DNA of 64,000 nt from Minisyncoccota bacterium (GTDB lineage: Bacteria > Patescibacteriota > Minisyncoccia > Phycocordibacterales > UBA9973). The position numbers and the translations under genes are program-made. The notes under the pieces are model-generated. The model was not told where the DNA came from. It ran no database searches and was given only the letters and a program-made list of their open reading frames with translations. How positions within the stretch are numbered: the first letter of the stretch is position 1; each line of letters begins with the position of its first letter. The DNA is taken from assembly GCA_028718635.1 (NCBI GenBank), contig JAQULK010000001.1:396818-460817 (forward strand), read 5' to 3'. Shown piece after piece: positions 1 to 9,016 of this stretch.

Positions 1-396
1 TTGAATAATGATAATTGGCTTAAAAAGAAAAAGGGCTTCGCCTTTATGCCCGAACATGAGCGCAAAGAAATTATTGAGGCATTTGACGCCGTTGATAGAG
101 TTATCATAAGCAATCATCCAGAAAATCCTGAAGATATGAGTGTGTGTATGGGTTTAATAGAAATTAAGCCACACATTTTTGCGAATGGGGGCGATAGGGA
201 TACTAAAGATTCTCTTGATCCAAAATCTTCTTTATATAGAGAAAGAGAAATACATAAAAAACTTGGTATTGATATGATATACAATGTAGGACATGGGGGA
301 AAAGTCCAAAGCTCATCAGATTTAGTAAAGAAAGCCAAAGTAAATAAAAAGAATCCCAGTAGTAAAGCAAAGCTTACTACGGGACGAAGAAAATAA
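1..396 (+). CDS. Cytidylyltransferase-family nucleotidyltransferase, 5'-truncated by window edge
   Basis: NNDNWL..KKG, ER.EII, FANGGDR and GKVQSSS motifs of CTP_transf-like proteins. Confidence 0.8.
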   Translation: MNNDNWLKKKKGFAFMPEHERKEIIEAFDAVDRVIISNHPENPEDMSVCMGLIEIKPHIFANGGDRDTKDSLDPKSSLYREREIHKKLGIDMIYNVGHGGKVQSSSDLVKKAKVNKKNPSSKAKLTTGRRK

Positions 397-397
397 A

Positions 398-1150
398 ATG
401 AAACCTTTAAACGAAATGTCAAAAAAAGATATCAGTAAAATCAAGTTAGTAGTTTTTGATGTTGACGGAGTAATAGTGCCAAGAGGCACAAAAATAAAAC
501 AGATTGGAAACACAACCACCTTAGAAACAAAAGTCATTGCGCCTAGGCAAATAGAGCAAATTAAAAAATTACACAAAAAAGGATTTCTAATAAATATTAG
601 TTCTGGAAGGGGGTTATATATGCTTCAAGAAATGTTTCGAGACATTTTGCCTTTTATCAGTCTTACTTATGAATGCGGCAGCGCCACTTGGTACAAAGGG
701 AAAATCTACCAGCATATCAACAGCTTTGAACGTTTAAAAGATATTTTGCCAAAATTAAAAAAAGTGGCAATTAAAAAGAAAGATTTCAAAGGATTTGAAC
801 CTAAAGAATTCATCATAACGATTCATTGCAAAAAACAAATAAAAGAAATCGAAGACGTGGTAAAAAGTGATAAAAATCTTGTCACTCTCTGGAATGGTGA
901 AGCGTATGATGTTTTGATAAAAAAAGATCAAACAAAGGCTCTCGGTTTGAGACATACGATGAAACTTTTTAAATTAAAGAAAGAAAATGTGATGGCCATA
1001 GGGGATAATTACAATGATCAAGAACTTTTAGAAGAGAGCGGAATGCCTATATCAGCTGATAAAAGCAGAGTTCAAGGAAAGTTCTATGTTCCATTAAAAG
1101 GTAAGTTTCTTCCTGCAGACGAGTTAATGCAGAAGATTTTAAAACTTTAA
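398..1150 (+). CDS. HAD-superfamily IIB (Cof-like) phosphatase
   Basis: FDVDGV motif I, SSGR motif II, K..G, GDNYND motif IV. Confidence 0.85.
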   Translation: MKPLNEMSKKDISKIKLVVFDVDGVIVPRGTKIKQIGNTTTLETKVIAPRQIEQIKKLHKKGFLINISSGRGLYMLQEMFRDILPFISLTYECGSATWYKGKIYQHINSFERLKDILPKLKKVAIKKKDFKGFEPKEFIITIHCKKQIKEIEDVVKSDKNLVTLWNGEAYDVLIKKDQTKALGLRHTMKLFKLKKENVMAIGDNYNDQELLEESGMPISADKSRVQGKFYVPLKGKFLPADELMQKILKL

Positions 1151-1161
1151 AATTAAAACAA

Positions 1162-1524
1162 ATGGAAAGATTTGAAACATATCAAGAGGAACGTCCATGG
1201 GGAAATTTTAGGCAATTTACTCACAACGAAGTAACTACCGTAAAAATTATTTCAATTAAAAAAGGTTGTTCTTTAAGTCTACAATATCACAATCATCGGA
1301 TAGAGTTTTGGAAAGTTCTTTCGGGTCATCCACTTGTTACGATTGGCGAAGAGAAAATCAACGCAGAGCCTGAAAATGAGTTTAGGGTAAATAATTTGCA
1401 GATACATCAGTTGGAGGCTCCAATTGATGATGTAAAAGTTTTAGAAATAGCTTATGGGAATTTTGATGAAAATGATATTATAAGGATAAAAGATAAATAT
1501 GGCCGCGTTAAAAAAGAAAATTAA
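1162..1524 (+). CDS. Cupin mannose-6-phosphate isomerase (type II C-terminal domain)
   Basis: ERPWG, LSLQYHNHR.EFW, EDDIIR.D.YGR-like motifs. Confidence 0.85.
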   Translation: MERFETYQEERPWGNFRQFTHNEVTTVKIISIKKGCSLSLQYHNHRIEFWKVLSGHPLVTIGEEKINAEPENEFRVNNLQIHQLEAPIDDVKVLEIAYGNFDENDIIRIKDKYGRVKKEN

Positions 1525-2677
1525 AAAGATAGCTGAAAAGAAAACAGTAAAAAAAACTTCTGTAAAAAAGAAAGTCCATCTTAACTCAGCAAATCGAGCC
1601 AGAATTATAAAACGAAAAACTATATTTAAAAAAATAGTAGTAAAAAAAACTACTAAAAAATTTACTGCTCTTAATTTAGAAAGGTCAAAAAAGAATCCAA
1701 TCATTGAACCAGAAAATCATTCATACTGGGAATCAAAAGCGACGTTTAATCCCAGTGCTATCCATCATGATGGGAAGATTCATGTTATTTATCGAGCGAT
1801 TGGAGATAGTGATATTTCCGTAATGGGCTACGCAAAAAGTTCTGATGGTTATTTTTTTGATAAAAATTCAAAAGAACTGGCTTATTACCACAAAGGAAAA
1901 GTGGCAGTAAAAAAAGATCCAAAAACTAAATTATCAAATTATTCTTCGGGGGGTGGATGGGGCGGTGGTTGTGAAGATCCTCGCTTAACACTTTTAGGCA
2001 ACACTGTGTATATGATATATACAGCTTTTGATGGTTGGGGATCATTGCGAATGGCTTTGACTTCTATTAGCTTGGATGATTTTATAGCTAAACGTTGGAA
2101 CTGGAAAGAACCTGTTTTGATTTCTCCACCTGGACAAATACATAAAAATTGGGTGCTTTTTCCAGAAAAAGTAAATGGAAAATTCGCAATATTACACAGT
2201 TTTGCTCCGAAAATTCTTATTGATTATTTTGATAGTCTAGATGGGCTTGATGGTGAAAAATTTATAAATAGTAACAATACTAGACCTGTAGATGAGACGA
2301 GAGAGTGGGATAGTTGGTTTCGCGGTGTCGGTCCTTCTCCCATTAAAACAAAATATGGCTGGCTTGTTTTATATCATGCTATGGATCACAAAAATCCGGA
2401 TAAATATAAAATGGGCGCAATGATTTTAGATATGAAAGATCCAACTAAGGTTCTTTATCGTTCCAATCAACCAATTCTTGAACCGGAAGAGTGGTACGAG
2501 AATGAGGGATATAAAAGCGGAGTAATTTATTCCTGTGGAGCTGTTGTAAAGGATGGACAATTGTTTGTATACTATGGAGGAGCAGATAAAGTTTCTTGCG
2601 TAGCTACGGCGAATTTAGACTCATTTTTAAATGAGTTAGTGCATTCGAATGTCACAGTAATGAAAAAAATAAATTAA
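1499..2677 (+). CDS. GH130-family glycosidase/mannoside phosphorylase with Lys-rich N-terminal tail
   Basis: TFNP, GCEDPR, KNWVLFPEK, YYGGAD motifs. Confidence 0.85.
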   Translation: MAALKKKIKKIAEKKTVKKTSVKKKVHLNSANRARIIKRKTIFKKIVVKKTTKKFTALNLERSKKNPIIEPENHSYWESKATFNPSAIHHDGKIHVIYRAIGDSDISVMGYAKSSDGYFFDKNSKELAYYHKGKVAVKKDPKTKLSNYSSGGGWGGGCEDPRLTLLGNTVYMIYTAFDGWGSLRMALTSISLDDFIAKRWNWKEPVLISPPGQIHKNWVLFPEKVNGKFAILHSFAPKILIDYFDSLDGLDGEKFINSNNTRPVDETREWDSWFRGVGPSPIKTKYGWLVLYHAMDHKNPDKYKMGAMILDMKDPTKVLYRSNQPILEPEEWYENEGYKSGVIYSCGAVVKDGQLFVYYGGADKVSCVATANLDSFLNELVHSNVTVMKKIN

Positions 2678-2694
2678 AAATAAAAATTTAAATA

Positions 2695-4629
2695 ATGTAC
2701 GCAACAAAAAGATCACATCACAATCCGGTTCTTTTTCCCTATAGAGACCATTATTGGGAATCTTTTGCCACTTTTAATATGAGTGTTATTAAAAAAGGCA
2801 AGACTTTTTATGGCGTTTATCGCGCTATTGGAGCTGTCGATAAGCTGCGCGTACCGGAGCAGATTTCCATTATCGGTCTGGGGTCTAGCAAAGACAAAAC
2901 TCATTTTGAAAACTGTGTGCCGTTTATTGAACCTATAGAGGAATGGGAAAAATACGGATGTGAAGATCCTCGCATTACTTTTTTTGAAGGAAATTACTAC
3001 ATATTTTATACTGCTCTTTCCAAATATCCATTCGAGGCAAGCGGTATCAAAGTCGCCTTGGCAATTTCAAAAGATTTAAAGAAAATCGATGAACGCCATT
3101 TAATAACCCCTTTCAACGCTAAAGCCATGACTCTTTTTCCAAAACGCATAAATGGCAAAATTACTGTAATTGTAACTGTAAATACAGACATGCCTCCTTC
3201 TAAAATTGCCATTGTACAGGTTGATAAAATTGAAGATTTATGGAATCAAAAATTTTGGGAAAAATGGTACGCGAATATAGATAAAAACGCTCTTGATTTC
3301 AAAAGATTTCCGACTGATCATACCGAAATAGGCACTGCTCCTATTTATACTTCGCAAGGTTGGTTTCTTTTGTATTCTCATATTCAAAATTATTTTAAAG
3401 GGGGAGAAAATTCCGATAGAATTTTTGGAATTGAAGCGGTGCTTCTCGATTTAAAGAATCCTCTTAAAATTGTCGGGCGGACAAAAGGACCTATTTTGGT
3501 GCCGAGAGAGCCATATGAACTTCTTGGACATGTTCCCAATATAGTTTTTCCTTCCGGAGCAATTCTAGAAAAAGATACCCTTTTTATGTATTATGGAGCA
3601 GCCGATACGACGACCTGTATGGCTCATGTGAACATGACTGATCTAGTGGGTACCATGCTTCCGAAAACATCTGCTAGATGGCATTTCAAACGTTATGCCA
3701 AAAATCCTATTATTACCAAGAATGAAACACATCCCTGGGAATCCAAGGCTACCTTCAATCCAGCCGCTTTGAGGATAAAAGATACAATCCACATATTGTA
3801 TAGAGCGCTTTCGGATGATAATACTTCTTCTCTCGGTTATGCATCGAGCAAAGATGGTTTTTTGATCAATGAGAGACAAGCCCTGCCAGCTTATGTGCCG
3901 AGAGAAGGTTTTGAATTAAAAAAAATTTCGGGAGGAAATTCCGGTTGTGAAGATCCGCGGTTGACGAAAATAGGGAAAAATATTTATATGTGCTACACCG
4001 CTTTTGACGGTGTTGGTCCTGCACGGGTTGCCATTACCTCCATTACAGAAAATAATTTTTTGCAGAAAAACTGGCAATGGGAAAAGCCTGTTTTGATCAC
4101 TCCCAGAGGTTTCGATGATAAAGATACGTGTATTTTTCCTGAAAAGACAAATGGTAAATATTTTGTTTTGCATCGAGTGGGAAATGAAATATGCGGAGAT
4201 TATCTAAAGTCGCTTGATTTTAACCAAGAAACTATCCGAAAATGCATCAGGATAATCGGGCCAAGGATAAACAAATGGGACAATGCCAAAGTGGGGATTT
4301 CTGCCCCGCCTATCAAGACAAAGTATGGCTGGTTGCTCCTTTACCACGGAATTTCAAAAAATCACAATACTTACAGGATTGGAGCTGTTTTGCTTGATCT
4401 TCATGATCCAGCCACTGTTCTCACCCGCACTTCTGATCCTATTTTTGAACCGGAAGAACCATATGAAAAAAACGGCATAGTAAATAACGTTGTTTTTCCT
4501 TGTGGAATGGTAGAGAAGGATGGCTTGCTTTACATTTATTATGGGGGAGCGGATACCGTCGTCGGAGTGGCGACGATAGAACTCAGCGTATTGCTTAGAG
4601 CTCTCACTCGAGATATAATCAAGGGATGA
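2695..4629 (+). CDS. Tandem two-domain GH130-family protein
   Basis: two copies of TFN/GCEDPR/NxVFPxG/YYGxAD. Confidence 0.85.
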   Translation: MYATKRSHHNPVLFPYRDHYWESFATFNMSVIKKGKTFYGVYRAIGAVDKLRVPEQISIIGLGSSKDKTHFENCVPFIEPIEEWEKYGCEDPRITFFEGNYYIFYTALSKYPFEASGIKVALAISKDLKKIDERHLITPFNAKAMTLFPKRINGKITVIVTVNTDMPPSKIAIVQVDKIEDLWNQKFWEKWYANIDKNALDFKRFPTDHTEIGTAPIYTSQGWFLLYSHIQNYFKGGENSDRIFGIEAVLLDLKNPLKIVGRTKGPILVPREPYELLGHVPNIVFPSGAILEKDTLFMYYGAADTTTCMAHVNMTDLVGTMLPKTSARWHFKRYAKNPIITKNETHPWESKATFNPAALRIKDTIHILYRALSDDNTSSLGYASSKDGFLINERQALPAYVPREGFELKKISGGNSGCEDPRLTKIGKNIYMCYTAFDGVGPARVAITSITENNFLQKNWQWEKPVLITPRGFDDKDTCIFPEKTNGKYFVLHRVGNEICGDYLKSLDFNQETIRKCIRIIGPRINKWDNAKVGISAPPIKTKYGWLLLYHGISKNHNTYRIGAVLLDLHDPATVLTRTSDPIFEPEEPYEKNGIVNNVVFPCGMVEKDGLLYIYYGGADTVVGVATIELSVLLRALTRDIIKG

Positions 4630-4630
4630 A

Positions 4631-4746
4631 TCCCGAACAAAATCGCGGACGCATAAAATAAACATAATTATGATTATTCAAAAAAATATTATTAACAATA
4701 AAACAAAGGATATCGCGTAAGCGTACGCGTCCTATTTTGTACGGGA
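4631..4746. mobile_element. Start-codon-associated MITE-like element (TCCCG...CGGGA), copy before hpf
   Basis: TIR tcccgaacaaaat/attttgtacggga; TGAA on both flanks; same length (116 bp) and ends as 55520-55635. Confidence 0.8.
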
Positions 4747-5144
4747 TGAAGATAAATTTACAAGGAAAAGGTATTGAGCTGACGGAGTCCATTAAAGACT
4801 ATGTATTAAAAAGAGTTACCAATTTAGAGAAATTGCTCTCTGGTATTGAAGCAGGGAAGGGAGAAGCGATGGTAAATTTTGAAGTGGTAAAGACTACTAA
4901 TCATCATAAGACAGGTGAGATTTTTCATGCTAGTTGTGCGATAAAGGTAGATGGAAAAAAGTTTTATAGTGAAAGTGATAATGAAGATTTATATAGTGCA
5001 GTGGATGAGGTGAAAGAAACTCTCTTTAACGAAATAAGTAAAAACAAAGACAGAAAACAAACTCTCTATAAACGTGGAGCCACCAGCGTGAAAAAAATGT
5101 TCAAAGGTCTTTCTAAAAGAAACCCTTTTACTTCAAAGTATTAG
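4746..5144 (+). CDS. hpf: Ribosome hibernation factor (RaiA/HPF, short)
   Basis: MKINLQGKGIELTESIKDYV..K, DLYSAVDEVKE S30AE pattern. Confidence 0.85.
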   Translation: MKINLQGKGIELTESIKDYVLKRVTNLEKLLSGIEAGKGEAMVNFEVVKTTNHHKTGEIFHASCAIKVDGKKFYSESDNEDLYSAVDEVKETLFNEISKNKDRKQTLYKRGATSVKKMFKGLSKRNPFTSKY

Positions 5145-5203
5145 TCTTCAAGAAATCCTTAAGAAATCCTCGTATTTTATTTCTTTTTTTCCTTCAGGAA
5201 GAA

Positions 5204-5233
5204 CCCCATACTAGAGCGAAGCTCAGTACGGGG
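5204..5233. repeat. 30-bp hairpin element containing GCGAAGC
   Basis: ccccatactagagcgaagctcagtacgggg; related inverted copy at 11776-11803. Confidence 0.6.
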
Positions 5234-5243
5234 CATGCTTTTT

Positions 5244-6095
5244 TTAATTTACATAATCTATTTCTTTTCCATTTTCTGGTATTATTTTTTTTATCACTAA
5301 TTTTTTATTTTCTAATTTAGCTTCGGTTATTTTTATTCTTTTGCCATTTTTTATGAAATATATACCCGGCCAGCCGTAAAGCGCGCAATATTTAGTGTAA
5401 ATTTCTTTTGGCGAATCATTTAACAAATCCACCAAACCATCTTCTTTTTTGATTTTTTCACAATAGGTTGCTTTAGATTCATCTTGAGGTTTTGGAGTTA
5501 TTTTTTCTTTTATATAATCCTCCAGTACTTTTACTAATAATTTTCCGCCTTCTCGAAAAAGTTTTTCTTCTAAAATAGGCAAAAGAGGAGGCCAATCCTT
5601 GTCATCTATTTCGACATTTTTTTGCGCCACGATCGGTCCATGATCCATTTTCTCATCTAAAATTATTACTGTTGCTCCAATATCTCTTTCATTGTTGAGT
5701 ATCGATGATCTTACAGGGGAAGGTCCGCGCAATCGAGGCAACATTGAGGGATGTACATTTAAAATTCCATGCTTCGGCATGTTTAGGATTTTTTGGGGCA
5801 GAATTTTTCCATAAGCAGTTAAGACAAAAACATCATATTCCATAAGCCCTGTCGGGTGTCCAACACCCGACAGGAAGTTTTCATCAATAACTTTAGGCTG
5901 GAGTGTCGGTATCCCATGAGCCTCTGCCCATTTTTTTACTGGCGGAGCTTCAAAATGGTGACCTCGTCCGATTTTTAAGTCTGGGGCAGTTACCACAAGA
6001 GAAGGGAAATATCCATCTTCTGCAAGTTCTTCTAATACATACACAGCCAAGTCTGGTGTTCCAAAGAATACAAATTTTAAGTTTTTGTTTTGCAT
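5244..6095 (-). CDS. fmt: Methionyl-tRNA formyltransferase
   Basis: FFGTPD, AYGKIL, NVHPSMLPRLRGPSP, MDHGPI; start placed at MQNK. Confidence 0.95.
   Translation of the reverse strand: MQNKNLKFVFFGTPDLAVYVLEELAEDGYFPSLVVTAPDLKIGRGHHFEAPPVKKWAEAHGIPTLQPKVIDENFLSGVGHPTGLMEYDVFVLTAYGKILPQKILNMPKHGILNVHPSMLPRLRGPSPVRSSILNNERDIGATVIILDEKMDHGPIVAQKNVEIDDKDWPPLLPILEEKLFREGGKLLVKVLEDYIKEKITPKPQDESKATYCEKIKKEDGLVDLLNDSPKEIYTKYCALYGWPGIYFIKNGKRIKITEAKLENKKLVIKKIIPENGKEIDYVN
5848..5874. repeat. 27-bp palindrome in frame within fmt
   Basis: cctgtcgggtgtccaacacccgacagg, read as LSGVGHPTG. Confidence 0.7.
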
Positions 6096-6099
6096 AAAT

Positions 6100-6921
6100 T
6101 TATAAGCTATCAAATGGGCTTTTAATATTTTTTATCGCAGGATTGGTTACTTTTGTGTATAATTGTGTGGTTCTGATATTGGCGTGGCCTAAAAGCTCTT
6201 GCACATAACGCACGTCCACACCATTTTCCAAAAGGTGAGTGGCAAAACTATGACGAAGTGAGTGAAAAGTAGCTTCTTTATTAATATTGCATTTTTTTAA
6301 AGCGTTTTCAAAAATCTTTTGTGCGGTTCTTTCTGTTAATTTGCCGCCACGTTCACTAGCAAAAACATAGTCATTTAAATTTCTTCCAGTTATTGATTTT
6401 TCAATTTTTTTACTTAGTTTTTTCGGGAAAATAGTAATTCTATCTTTGTTGCCTTTTGCCCCTTTGATATGAATAGTTAATTCTGCTAAATTTAAGTCTT
6501 TAATTTTTAAATTTGTTGTTTCACTGACCCTGAATCCGGAAGCATATGATAGAGAAATTAATAGTTGATGTTTTTCATTACTTATTGAATCAATAATTTT
6601 TTCAATTTCATTTCTTGACAATACGATTGGCAATTTACTCGGTGTTTTTGCAAATTTAATGTCAATTTTATTATGAAACTTTAGTACATTCCAACAGAAA
6701 AAATTAATAGCTTGTAAGCTTTGATTGATGGTTTGCGAAGACATTTTTTTATCAATTTTTGACAATAAATATCGCTTAATAAAATCAACATCTACCGAAT
6801 CAAAATTGTTTTGCTTAGTACGCAAATATTCAGCTACACAGCCCACGTAACTTTTAATAGTTTTAGGACTATAATTTCTGAGTTTTAGCTCGTCTTCTAG
6901 TTTTTTTAAATATACTTTCAT
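6100..6921 (-). CDS. Tyrosine recombinase/integrase with N-terminal SAM-like domain (integron-integrase-like, no IntI patch)
   Basis: LRNYSPKTIKSY N-terminus; SGFRVSE, KGNKDR, HSLRHSFATHLLE, LLGH, TTQLYT catalytic set. Confidence 0.9.
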   Translation of the reverse strand: MKVYLKKLEDELKLRNYSPKTIKSYVGCVAEYLRTKQNNFDSVDVDFIKRYLLSKIDKKMSSQTINQSLQAINFFCWNVLKFHNKIDIKFAKTPSKLPIVLSRNEIEKIIDSISNEKHQLLISLSYASGFRVSETTNLKIKDLNLAELTIHIKGAKGNKDRITIFPKKLSKKIEKSITGRNLNDYVFASERGGKLTERTAQKIFENALKKCNINKEATFHSLRHSFATHLLENGVDVRYVQELLGHANIRTTQLYTKVTNPAIKNIKSPFDSL

Positions 6922-6992
6922 TTATTTATTTGTTATAATTAAACTAATATAAATATACACAATAGTCGTAAAAAGTGCAATATTATACATAC

Positions 6993-7029
6993 TATACGAA
7001 AACACTTCGTATATAAACGAGTTAGGCGA
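6993..7029 (+). other. Putative attI-like recombination site
   Basis: tatacgaa/ttcgtata dyad followed by AAC-ga-GTTAGGC (GTTRRRY) about 100 bp upstream of the integrase start. Confidence 0.55.
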
Positions 7030-7184
7030 AATAATTTTTTTCTCTCTTTTAGAAATGTTTCCTTCTGGTCTTCTTTTTTTGAATAAGGAATGCAAAATAA
7101 GATTTTCTTTTTATTTTATAGAGGGGAATAAGGTGTTTTCTTCCGCTACGCTACAGAAAACGGATTTTTTATATAAGTAAGAAA

Positions 7185-7214
7185 AAGCCCCAAATGGTTA
7201 TACCACCGGGGCTT
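7185..7214 (-). terminator. Intrinsic terminator of cassette 1 gene
   Basis: aagcccc...ggggctt stem followed by T-run on minus strand. Confidence 0.55.
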
Positions 7215-7279
7215 GAGTGAACTTGAAAGAACTATTTTACTCCCTGATTCGGCAGAGAGCTTACCGACCGCGATGGTTA

Positions 7280-8473
7280 TTAGGATTTGCCGACTGCATC
7301 CAACGCGTGTTTCAACGTTTTTTGGATGCACATAAATTGGCTAATCCCTTTTTCCCAGCAATCTGGGTTAGGGACCGAAACTTCCCTATTTCCGAATTTG
7401 CCTCTTTTTTCCTCCATTACTTTTTGAATCTCGGGATCCCTTCTCTGCTCAGCAGAGAGGTCTTGATAGTAATGAAGGATGATTTGAGGTTTGTCGCTCG
7501 CTCCGATCGCCTCCACCATTAATCTGGTGTTTTTTTTGAGGTAATCGCACGAGGGACATGCAACGTTGAGCATGTCGGGCTGCTGTCTGACCGCCCTTGA
7601 CATAATGTCAAGGCTGTCAAGCACTTCCTTTGACCCAGCAATAAGCCAATGTGGGCCCTCTTCATGCTCGAACATCGCCTCAATCACATCAGAATCCTTC
7701 TGCAGTTCAGGAGTAATTCCGACGTAATTGTTGGTTGCCAAGCTGATCGCCGCAAGGGCAACATCCTTGTCGCCTTTCAACCGTTCGGAGATAAAGCACA
7801 TGTGAGAATTCAAGGCTTCAACTCTCTTCTCGATCAGCCCGAGAACAAACTCCTTGTCATCCGCCATTTCAGGCAGCAGATGCTCTTCGCAAAATGCCCC
7901 TGGATTCTCAAGGAGGTACTTTTTTATCGCCTCGGCATCCCCGACAATTTCATCAGGAAGACAACTGCCGTGATCTACCTCAGTCGAGAAACCTCCCTCT
8001 TTCAGAAGGTCCACAACCGCGGCGTAACCATCGACTTCACCATGGCCGATGATCTGGAGAAAAACCGGGATAGGGATGCAGTTTTCGTCCTCGGTGCCAC
8101 GATTGACCCAGAGGAGATCATAGTAGGTATCTCCATCACACGATCTCCGTTCGTAGGAAATCTCATTGACACCAAAAAGAGTACCGAAGAAATCTCTGTT
8201 CTTATCTTCGTACTCCGCCTCACAGCCGTCAAAATTCAATCTGTCAAATATCATTTTCTTTTCTCCTTCTTTCAGAATTTTTGCCCGCAACTGCCGGAAT
8301 TGCTTCGCGACAGAAGTCGGGATGAGGTTTTGAGCGACAAGATTCTCAAGCCCGTCTTGAAGCGTCTTGAAAACTTTTTTGGCCTGGCCTTGCTCAAGGG
8401 TCAGGACTCCTCGCACCAACTGCTCAACCGTTAGCTCCGAGGACAAACTCCCGGTGCCGTCCATTTGGTCCAT
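7280..8473 (-). CDS. Hypothetical protein with DUF4116-like repeats (cassette 1 cargo)
   Basis: repeats DDKEFVL, SERLKGDKDVALAA, PELQKDSDV; AAGGAGG Shine-Dalgarno before ATG 8473. Confidence 0.7.
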   Translation of the reverse strand: MDQMDGTGSLSSELTVEQLVRGVLTLEQGQAKKVFKTLQDGLENLVAQNLIPTSVAKQFRQLRAKILKEGEKKMIFDRLNFDGCEAEYEDKNRDFFGTLFGVNEISYERRSCDGDTYYDLLWVNRGTEDENCIPIPVFLQIIGHGEVDGYAAVVDLLKEGGFSTEVDHGSCLPDEIVGDAEAIKKYLLENPGAFCEEHLLPEMADDKEFVLGLIEKRVEALNSHMCFISERLKGDKDVALAAISLATNNYVGITPELQKDSDVIEAMFEHEEGPHWLIAGSKEVLDSLDIMSRAVRQQPDMLNVACPSCDYLKKNTRLMVEAIGASDKPQIILHYYQDLSAEQRRDPEIQKVMEEKRGKFGNREVSVPNPDCWEKGISQFMCIQKTLKHALDAVGKS

Positions 8474-8646
8474 AGCGGATCCTCCTTTTTGGAATTTTAC
8501 TACTGTCCCGCCATCTGGTCGGTAATTCCGCTTATGCGGAAAATAGCTTGCTACGAAGTAGCAATAAAATGGCAAAAAATTGCCGTCTTATTGCTACTTC
8601 GTAATCCATTATTCAGTTTTCAAAGTGCTGTCAATTTTGATTTTTC

Positions 8647-8675
8647 AGTATAGCACCTTTTCAATAATCTGTCAA
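8647..8675 (-). promoter_or_regulatory. Sigma70 promoter of cassette 1 gene
   Basis: TTGACA-17 nt-TATACT with extended TG on minus strand. Confidence 0.75.
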
Positions 8676-8862
8676 TAGTAATATCGTAAAATGGCTTATT
8701 TTGGCTAAATAATCCAAAAAGCAACAAGGAGTTTTGGGCTTTGGGCATTCACCTCTTTAATTCCCCTCTGCCCAAAGCCCAAAACGGAAAATCTTATTTT
8801 GCTCTATATTATATAAAAGAAGACCAGAAGGAAACGAATAATAAGGATGAGAAAAAATTACA

Positions 8863-9016
8863 TCGCCTAACAAGTTGTATCAGGTTCCAGAAATTCGCCT
8901 CAATTATCTTCCAAAGGAGTGCAAATTTCTTCCACCCAAATTTTTGCCTTCTTCTTTCTTTTATATTACACTAAGGAAAGAAGGCAAAAACTTCTGATAC
9001 AACTAACGTTGTCTGA
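8863..9016. other. attC-like folded site between cassettes 1 and 2
   Basis: GCCTAAC, agttgtatcag (8873-8883) / ctgatacaact (8994-9004), inner tttttgccttctt/aagaaggcaaaaa stem, then GTT at 9008. Confidence 0.65.

Larger units (their letters stand above)
7021..9007. mobile_element. Cassette 1 of integron-like array
   Basis: starts GTTAGGCGA, complementary TCGCCTAAC at 8863-8871; imperfect inverted arms of ~110 bp; cargo visibly more GC-rich than flanks. Confidence 0.7.

Noticed and set aside
7649-8434. 261-aa plus-strand ORF inside cassette 1
   Set aside because: Antisense shadow of the minus-strand gene, which has promoter, SD, terminator and repeat motifs.
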